Assembly (NCBI GenBank): GCA_001724265.1
Contig: MEDY01000033.1
Coordinates: forward strand, 1 to 64,000
From: Rhizaria sp. SCN 62-66
Taxonomy: Eukaryota
Direction: 5' to 3'
DNA: 64,000 nucleotides
Both the position numbers and the translations under genes were made by a program. Of the stretch, positions 22,189 through 31,200 are shown in pieces. Under the pieces are notes generated by a model that was given only the letters and a program-made list of their open reading frames with translations, had not been told where the DNA came from and did not search any database. Position 1 is the stretch's first letter. Each line of letters begins with the position of its first letter.

Positions 22189-24963
22189 ATGTCAAGCTCG
22201 ATCAACAAAGAGGCTGCCGCGCTGCTGGACCTTTGCGTTGCCAGCTACGCCTCGTTCGACGGCACAGCGCGCGCCCGTATCTCCCCTGCCACACACATCG
22301 AAACTTTCATTTCCACAGCAGTAGCGTCGCTCTCAAACCCCACGAGCAGCTCCACCACGGCCGTGACCACGACAACTGCGGGGGGCACAATGTTTGGAAC
22401 GACGGCAGCTGCTCCAGCGCTGTCCGCAGCGTCAGCAGCCCTCGCAGCTGACGCCGCGACCGCCGCGTTCGTTACCGACGTGTTCTACACACTGATGCGG
22501 TACAACGCGCTCCTGCTCCGGCTCTCAGAGAGCTTTCTCGAAAGCAGCAAGGCGACGCTTACTCGCGCCGACAAGCGCCCATTCCTCGTGCTCATCGCCA
22601 TCGCGCTGTGGAAGCTCAGCGACCTGGGCTGGGAGCAGTTCCAGAGCCTCCTGGGCGCCCAGCCCGGCCACAAAGTCGTGCCGTTCCTCGCTGCGTTCTT
22701 CACCAGCGCGTCGCTGCAGACGTGGTTTCGCACCGAGGCGAGCACGTTCTTTGACATCGTCCACGTCGACAACGTGCTCATCCCGGCGCTGCTCGCGCAC
22801 GCCGATGAAGCCGCCGCGCTGGCGGACTCGCTGCGCACCGCCGACGCGCACCACACGCGCGCTGCCGCCAACGGCAACAACACCACCCTGGGCAGCGGCT
22901 ACGCGGGCGCCGGCGTGACCGCGACGCTCTCGCCCTCCAAGACGACTGTGCCTGTGCCGTTTAACCTGTCCGAGGCTAAGCCGCGCAAGCAGGCCCCGCA
23001 TGCCGTTCCGCGCGAGGCCGTGCCGGTGCTGTTCCAAGCGCGCCCGGTGCCCGCGGCGCTCGCGGCGACCTCGTTGCAGGCCATTGAGGCCGAGCGCGCG
23101 GCCGCGACCGTCGCCGTGGCGGCCGCGACGGCGGACAAGTACGTCGGCGTCGACTCGCACGTGCCCACTGCTTCAGACGAGCGACTCGCGGCGGCCGCGG
23201 CGGCGCGCGCAGAGAAGGACGCCGCTGCCGCCGCCGCTGCTGCCGCCGCCGAGGCCGCTGCCGCCGCCGCCGCGGAGGCCGAGACGCGGAAGCTCAAGGC
23301 GCAGTTCCTGCACCCTGCTGAAAGCGTGAAGCTTACGGCGGCCGCGATGCTCCGCGAGGAGGCGCTCTACCGCCGGCAGCAGGAGGAGCGCATCGAGTCG
23401 CTCAAGCGGTTTGCCACTGAGCTCAAGGACACAACCGAGTACGACGCGTGGCGGGTCCGCGCGGAGGCCGAGGCCGAGGCGGAGCGCGCCGCGGCGGTCG
23501 AAGCGCGCAAGGAGGACGCGGCGCGCGCGCTCGTGGACGCACAGGAGGCGGTCAAGAAGCGCATGGCCGAGGTGCAGGAGCTGGCGCAGCAGCAGCGCAA
23601 GGACGCGCGCGCCGCCGGGGACGAGCGCGTGGCCGCCGAGGAGGCCGCCGTGGCGCAGCGCAAGGAGCGCGCGGGTGAGATTGCGGCCGACCGCGCCAAC
23701 GTCGCCGTCGCCGTGGCTGAGGCGCGCAAGGAACGCGGGGTGGGCGCTGAGGCGCTGCGGCGGGAAAAGGAGCAGAACCGGCAGCGCGTGCTGGACGAGC
23801 GCGCGACGGAGCTGGCGGCGCGCAAAGAGGTGATCCGGCAGATCCAGGCGATGGAGCAGGTTGCGCACGCGCGCGCGCGGCAGCCCAAGGAGGTCGATCC
23901 CACGCAGACGGCCGGCCACGGCTTTCTGAGCGAGATGTCGCTGGCGGAGCTGCGCGCGAAGCTGGCTGCGCTTAAGGTGGAGAACGAGACCGAGGCGTCG
24001 CAGCGGCGCAGCAAGGCGGCGGACGAGAAGGCGCTGAAACAGGCCAAGTTCGAGGCAATGGCGCGCAACCACGCCGCGATCCGTCAGTACAACGTCGAGA
24101 AGGGCGACGTGCGCCGCGAGGGCAAGGCGCTGACGGCCGACGCCAAGGCCGCGGTCGAGGCCGCGCGCGCCGCCGCCGCTGCCGTGGCCGCGGACCGGCT
24201 GGCCATCGAGAACGCCGCGACGCGCGCTGAGGCCGCGCTGCTGTTAGCGCAGCAGAACAAGGTGCGCGCGGATGAAGCCAACTTTCAGATGCTGTCCAAG
24301 GCGGCGGCGATGCAACAGCGCGCTGAGGAGCTGCGCGCGTCGGCCGTGCGGCGCGTGCAGCGCGAGGAGGCCGCTGAGGCCGCCGCCGCTGAGGCGGTGG
24401 CCGTGGACGACGAGCGGCGGCAGCGTGCGCTGGGCAAGGCGCATGCGCAGCAAGCGCTCTCGCAAGCCAAGGCGATCGCGAGCATGAAGAACGACCTCGC
24501 GGCTCGGCACGCCGACGCGCAGCGCGAGGCTGCGCTGGAGCTGGCGCGCAAGCGCAAGATGACGGCCACGGTGCGTGAGGCGCGGTCGCCGCGGTCCCTA
24601 GCCAGCCCGCTCTCGGCCAGTAGTACGGGCCGCGTGTCGCCGCTCGGGCTTGCGGCGTACTCGAGCGGGGCTGCGACGCCGCTTAGTCGCTCGCTGTCGG
24701 GCGCTGGCGCTGGCGCGAGCTCGACTGCGGTGGTGTCGACGCCGCACGCCAGGACGTCGGCAGTTATGGCCGCCGCAGGCGCGTCGGTGCTGTCTGGCAA
24801 CGGAAACGGCGGCGGCGCCGGTCACTCCGGCTCTCATGGCCAGTTCAATGGCACTGGCGCCATGGCGCGCACGGTGCGCAGCGTGAATAGCAACACTGGA
24901 GTGCCTAACGTCACTGTGCAGAGTTCGGGCAGTAATGTTTCCGTCTCTGTTCACCGCTACTAA
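22189..24963 (+). CDS. CFAP99: Cilia- and flagella-associated protein 99 (CFAP99)-like, 924 aa
   Basis: First in-frame ATG at 22189 ([16 protein letters not shown]). Motifs [56 protein letters not shown] and [23 protein letters not shown], followed by a long coiled coil, as recalled for CFAP99. Stop is TAA. Confidence 0.8.
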   Translation: [924 protein letters not shown]

Positions 24964-25282
24964 GCAATGCTAAGAGCGATACATCACAAAATGAAGCGAC
25001 ACAACAATGGCTAGCTACATATAAGCCAAATGTAAGATTATACGTTTCTGCAGTTACTGTGAGTTGTGATTGATTCGAATGTTACACTAGTTTACAGTTT
25101 AAGTCTTGTCGGTCCAAGAGTTGTAAGAAGACTGGAATACAATAGACAGATCATCTTTATTTCGTCCCATTGTCGACCTTCAGCTCTTAATCAGTGAATT
25201 TGTCAAATAATAATAATAATGATAATTGTGATATCTCTTTGTAGCATAATGAATGAAATAGTCCCGCAAACAGCCTCATGCT

Positions 25283-28200
25283 TTAGTAGATGCGCAGAAT
25301 GCGTGCTGTCTCCGCATCGAACCTCATTCCCATCTGCAGCAGAATCTCCTGCCGCTTGAGGTCCTTCTCCATCCCGTCGACAGTCGTCACGCCCTTGGCT
25401 GCGAGCTCCGCCGCCAGCGCCGTGTCGTCGAGCAAGCACCGCACGATCCAGTCGTCCAGCTCGCCGCAGCGCTTCGGCGACGGCGCGGCCAGTCCGCCGC
25501 AGAAGTACTTAAGAGGCGCGTGTCCCGTCAGCAGGCGCCACTTGCGGCATCGCGGCGAGTCGCAGATGACCCAGCGCAGCTGCGAGCTGCTGCTCTCGCG
25601 CAGCTCGCGCTCCTCGGCCGCGGGTTCCGCGTGCATCTTGAAGTAGGCAGTGTCGCTGATGTCCTCGTCGGCGGCGCCGCGCTGCGGATCAGAGCTGTCG
25701 CCACTAGAGTGGGAACATGAGGCGGATGAGCATGTATGACTGTGGGCGTCAGAGTCGGACCCGGAACCAGAGCGAGAGCCCTTGTTGCTGTTGCTGCTGT
25801 TGCGATCGGGCCCGTGCGAACCCCCGCGACCGCGGCCGCGGCCACGGCCACGACCGCGCCCGCCGCGACTTGAGCTCGCACTCGCACGATTGTTGCTGCT
25901 AACGCGGCCGTCATCGCTGTCGCTGCCGCTGGTGCCGTCGCCGTCGTTCGCGGTGCCGCTTTTCTCGCCGTTGTCATCGTCTTCGCTGCCACTGCCGCTG
26001 CCACTGCCATCATCACTGCTCGTCGCGTCGGTGACATCGGTGTTGGCGTCGCTGTTATCAGCGGTGCCAGCGGTGGCAGTGCGCGGACTGACGCGACGAG
26101 CAAGGGCGGACTTGCCCTTGTTCTTGCCCTTGGCAGTCTTCCTTGACTTGGTGTCCTTGTCGTTAGACTTTGACTTGGACTTAGAAGTTGCACCCTTAGA
26201 CTTAGATTTGGAGGACTTCGTAGCGTCACTGTCACTGCTCTCAGAGGGCGCAGAACCTTCGTGACCACTTTCGCTGTCGTCGGATAAAGCACGGCTCGAG
26301 CGAGTCTTTTTGCTCACGAACTTGCCCTTGACCTTGCTCTTAGTCTTCGAGTTCTTGCTCTTGCCGTCGCTCTCGTCGTCGTCCGAGTTATCGCGTTCGC
26401 TACCGCTCGTGGTGTTCTCTCTCCCGCCATCGTCACTTTGCACAGTCTCGTGAAAACGACGCTTCAAGCCCTTGCCCTTGCCTGCCGCTTTGCCGCCAGC
26501 CATGGCACCCGCGAGCTGAGCCAGCTTGGCTTCGCGGCGCCTCTGACGCAGCACCCTGCGAAGGTTGCGGTACCGCTGCTCCTCGAGCAGCGCGTCCTGA
26601 AGCGAGAACACACGAAAGCCGGGCGTTGCCGGCGGGGCGCCAAGGCCGCCTACCTGTCCAGCCTTGTTGCTGTTGCTACTGCTGACTTTAGAGCCGGCCG
26701 CAGCTGCATCGACACTGGCGCCGCCCTTGTTCGGGCTTGAGGTCGCACTCGTTGTCGCGGGTGTCGTTGCGGCGGCAGCGGTGGCTTTGGCCTTCGCAGC
26801 GAGCACGAACGCAGCGCTCGGTGTCGCCGCGTTGAGTCCCTCCCAGGCGCCCGTCGTGTTGCCCTCTTGGAGGAAGTGCTGCAACAGGTCCGCCTTGGCG
26901 TCGGCGGGCATCATGGACAGCGGGATCAGAGGCGCGTCGACCGGCGTCACGATGGACGCGATGCCGTTGGCGGCAAAGCGCTTGAACGGAAGCATCGACT
27001 GCGTTGCGCGGCCGCCGCGAGCCCCGCCCCGGTGAGACGCAGAGCCAGCTCCAGCGCCCGCGGACCGCTGCAGCTGCAGGCTCGAGCCAGCGGCGGCTGG
27101 CTCGTCGTCATCGTCGACGTCGGACGTCGGCGGTGACGGCGAGGCCGAGGACTCGCATTGCTGGCGCCAGTCCTGCCACCACTCGTCGCCCCATCCCGCG
27201 TCGTCGTCGCTGCACTCGCTCGCGCTGCTGACCGCCCACGCCTCCGCACCCGTGTCCGGGAAGCGACCGAGCTTTAGACAGCTCTCCGCGTTCGCGGCGC
27301 CGGTGCCGCCGAGCAGCGAGTGCAGCCGGCCCGCGGTGAACGCGGCGGCGCCGGCGGCGGTCGCGGCGAGAGTGCCCACGGTCACTGCGCCGGTGTACGA
27401 CACGGGGGCGGCGGCGTTAAAGCTCCAGCCGCCGCGGCCCCGGCCCCGGCCCCGCCCGCGCCCGCGTCCACGGCCGCGACCGCGGCCTCGGCCACGGCCG
27501 CGCCCGCGGCCAATGCCGTCGCCGTCGTTGGCGGGGCCCTGGGTCGCCGAGACGTCGTCGTCGCCGTCGCCGTCGCCGTCGTCGTTGTCGCCGCCGCTGT
27601 GTTGCGCGTCCTCATCCTTGACGTCATCAGTGTTTGCTGCTTTCTTGTCCTCGTGATCATTGTCGTCGTCGTTCATAACATTGGCCGCCTTGCCAGACTT
27701 GTTGTTTGTACTGGCAGTGGCGGGCAGCGCACCGCGCGCCCAGCCAATGAGACCCGCGGCCGACATCGTAGCAGCAACCGCCATCTCCTCGGCACTCGCA
27801 CCGTCCGTCAGCAAGGACGCAGAGCCCGGCGGCGTGAGCAGAGCCGCACTGGCGGGCGCACGTGCAATGACCGAGGCGGGCCCGCACGACGCGCGCGCGC
27901 CGGCCCCGCCTGTGACCACGGTGGCAAGCCCACCGAGGAAGGTATCCTCGACGCGCGCGCCGGCGAGCGCGAAGTCGTGCGGAATCGGCTGCGCGACCAC
28001 TGCGAGGGAGAGCAGTGTGGATGTGATGCTAGCGTAAAAGCGAGAGGCGAGGGCGCCGTAAGGCGACAGCACGGTGATGCCGGCCGCACCAGTGCCAGGA
28101 ACAGCGCCGTTTGTGGCTGCGTTCGTGTTTGTTTTGGAAGCGAGGCACGAGATGGGGGTAAAGATGGGCGTCTTGACCAAGATCGCAGGGGGCAGCGTGA

Positions 28201-31200
28201 CTGTGATGGCGCGGTGCGAGAAGGTCTCGGCGCCCAACACCTCCGTAAGCTTGTGTGTCGCGAGAGGGAGCTCGGGAGACGTATACATTGCCTTGGCAAA
28301 AGCAGATGCATGAGTTGTACTTGCGGACTTGCTATCGACAACAGAAGAGCTTGAACTTAGGGCTTTGATGTGAACTGAAGGGAAGTCCGGATAGGTGCCC
28401 CTGAGAGGAGTCATCATCCGACGCAGCAACAGCGCCTGGGCTGCGGGAGGCAGCAGGTTCGCAGTCGAAGCGCACTCGTCATTGCTGCCACCCCAAGCAG
28501 CATATGCGGCCTCGGCAGCCGCTGCAGTAGCAGCAGAGGCAGCGGCGGCTGCAGCCTCTTCGTCTGTAACCTCATTGGTATTGGTGCTAGAGCTTGCTGT
28601 CGTAGGCTGCAATACTTTGGTATCTGAAGACTTAGCGCAACCAATAGAGCCACCAGACTGGCTGGGACGATGAATAGCAGAACCAGTGGCAGCTGCAACA
28701 TCGCTCTCGTTGTTGAAGTCAACAGTGACAACTTCAGGCATCAGCTTCTGCAGTCCGAGCAGCGCTGATTCGGTCACAGTGGGTGCGATATCGGCAGCGC
28801 CAGCACCACTGCCAGGAGCAGTCGCAACGGCCGCCGCGGCGGCCGCGGCTGCGACAGCGGCGGCGGCCGCGGCGGGGTTGGGCGCGGTCTCGACCGTGGG
28901 GACCTGGGCCCAGCCGCCCCGCAGCCATAGTACGGAGCCGGGGCGCAGGTGCGGCGCCAGCGCGGCCGCGGTGGCGACGGGGAGTTCGATGGCGATGACG
29001 CGGAGTGTGTGCGTGTAGAGCAGGACGCGCACCGGCGCCTGCTGCTGCTTCTGCGGGTCTTGGGGTTGCGAAGCACCGTTCTCACTCGCAGACTCATCAG
29101 TGGGGATAGATGCTAGGGAGGAGAAAGAAGAGGAAGAATACAACGCTGGCGGCTGCTGCTCTCCTTCAGGCTCATGCTGCTGTTTAGCGCGGACCTTCTT
29201 GTTATTCGTGCTCGCTTTGCCGCCCTTTTGATTTGTACTCGTATTGCCGCTTGGTGCAAGAGCGGCGTTTGCAGTCTTATTGGGATTCGCAGAGTCAAGA
29301 GCGAGTGCAGGTGTCCAGAGGCTCGAAAGAGCGCTCGCAGACGCAAACGGAACTAAACCACTCATATTGCTGCTGCTGGAATCAACCTTCGTGGTGCTAC
29401 TGTTTGCACGGCCGTGAGCAGATGCTGTGGGACTGAGAGTCCCGTTGCGGTGGGGCATCCAGAGTGCAGTCGGGGGGAACTGCGAGCCGAGAGGCAGCAC
29501 ACCGCACCACGTACCAGAACCCTTCTCGTCACCGACATTCGCAGCAACACCGGAGTGCAAGTGCAACGCGCCCGAGGGCTGCAGCAAGCTATTTGCATTT
29601 TCTGAGGAAGTTGTGAGCGTGTCTAAAGGGGCGAGCGCGGTGATTAGCGCAGGCCGAAGACCGAGGTCGAGACCGGCACCCTCGACTTCGGCGGCGGCAG
29701 CAGCGGCAGCGGCAGCAGCGGCGACAGCAGCAGCGTTGTTGTACGAAGCGCGGCCAGGAGTGCAATGAACAGGAGCGCTCGGCTCCGTTTTGACTGCGTT
29801 GGACGCAACCGATGCATCATCGTCGTCGTGATCATCATCGCCACCACCGTCGTTACTTCCAAAGCCTTCGTCGTTGTCTTCCTCTTCTGTCGCTGCGGCA
29901 GAGCCAGCGGCACTCGCCGAGTCACCAGCCGCGCCCTCGGAGGCGGCGGCGTCTTCGGCCGCCTTCTGCATCTCCGCGAGTTTCGCCTTGGACACGAACC
30001 TGCCGCCTATGCCCACGGCAGCGCCCGCGGCGCCCATGCGCGCGCGCCCGCCGCGGCCTCGGAGGCTGCCACGCGCGAACCGGGCGGGTCCCATACCCGT
30101 CACGATCATCGCGCCCGCGGCGCCCTTGCTGGCGCTGGCCATGGCGCCGCCGCTGCTGGCCCCGGCCGTGGCGCGGTGGGTCGAGACGGGGCGCGCAACG
30201 CGGCCGAACGTCGCTGCCGCCGCCGTGGCCGCGGCCGTGGCAACGCCCGCGGGCGCCGGCGTCGCCCAGAGCACGAGCGCGAGCCCAAAGAAGTCGCCCG
30301 GGCGCGCGAGCTTGCGGCTGAGCAACGGCGCCTCGTGCGGCGGCGTCGCGTGCGCCGGCACGGCTAGCGCGCCGGGGGGCAGGAAGGTCGGGGCGGCGGC
30401 GGACGTGAACAGCACCGCGTCCGCGGCCGTGGCCAAGGCTGCGGCGGCGACCGCGACGGGCGTGCCCGAGGCGGCGTCGCTGTGACTTGCCAGCGGGGTG
30501 AAGGCCTTGAGGCCGGCGGACGAGAGGGCGCCCACGGAGCCCATGCCACCGGCTGTCATTGTTCCTGTAGCCGCTGCGAACAAGGATGACGAGTCGGACG
30601 ACGCGGTTGCGGTTGCCGCGCGGTTCGCAGTGATGTTCTCGAGCGGCTTGAGGCCGTGCGTGTGGATGCTGTAGAGGTCCTCCGCAACGAGACCCAGGAC
30701 AGAGACGCCGGAGCCGAGAACTGCGTTGATGCCGAACTGACCCATACCAACGCCGGTGCGCAACGCTAACGCGGCGGCTGCGGTGTCGCTGTCATCAGCT
30801 TCGCTGCGGTCATCCCTCTTGACAGAGCTAGCCTTCGCGGCAGACTCTAGCTTAGCTTTAACGTCTGCGTGAGCGTTTGCTGCTGCGTGACTGGCGTTGC
30901 TGCCTGAGGGCGGGTTCATGAGGCCGAGTGCGGCCAGAGCGGTGCGTTTGTTGGCGCGTGGCATGGTCTTCCGAGGCACGCGCACACGGGTACCGATGCC
31001 CAGACCGACGCCAATCGCGCCAGAGCTCGCCGTGGGGTTACTGACCACGGCAGAGCTCGCACTGGCGGCAGCCGGAGGGTACGCGTTGCTCGAGGTGTAC
31101 GGGTACAAGTGGCTCTGCGCAGCGGGCGGTGCGGAGTCGGACGCGTAGGCCGGGGACGCAAACGGGGAGCGCGCGGACTGACGGGACCTGACCCAGCCCG

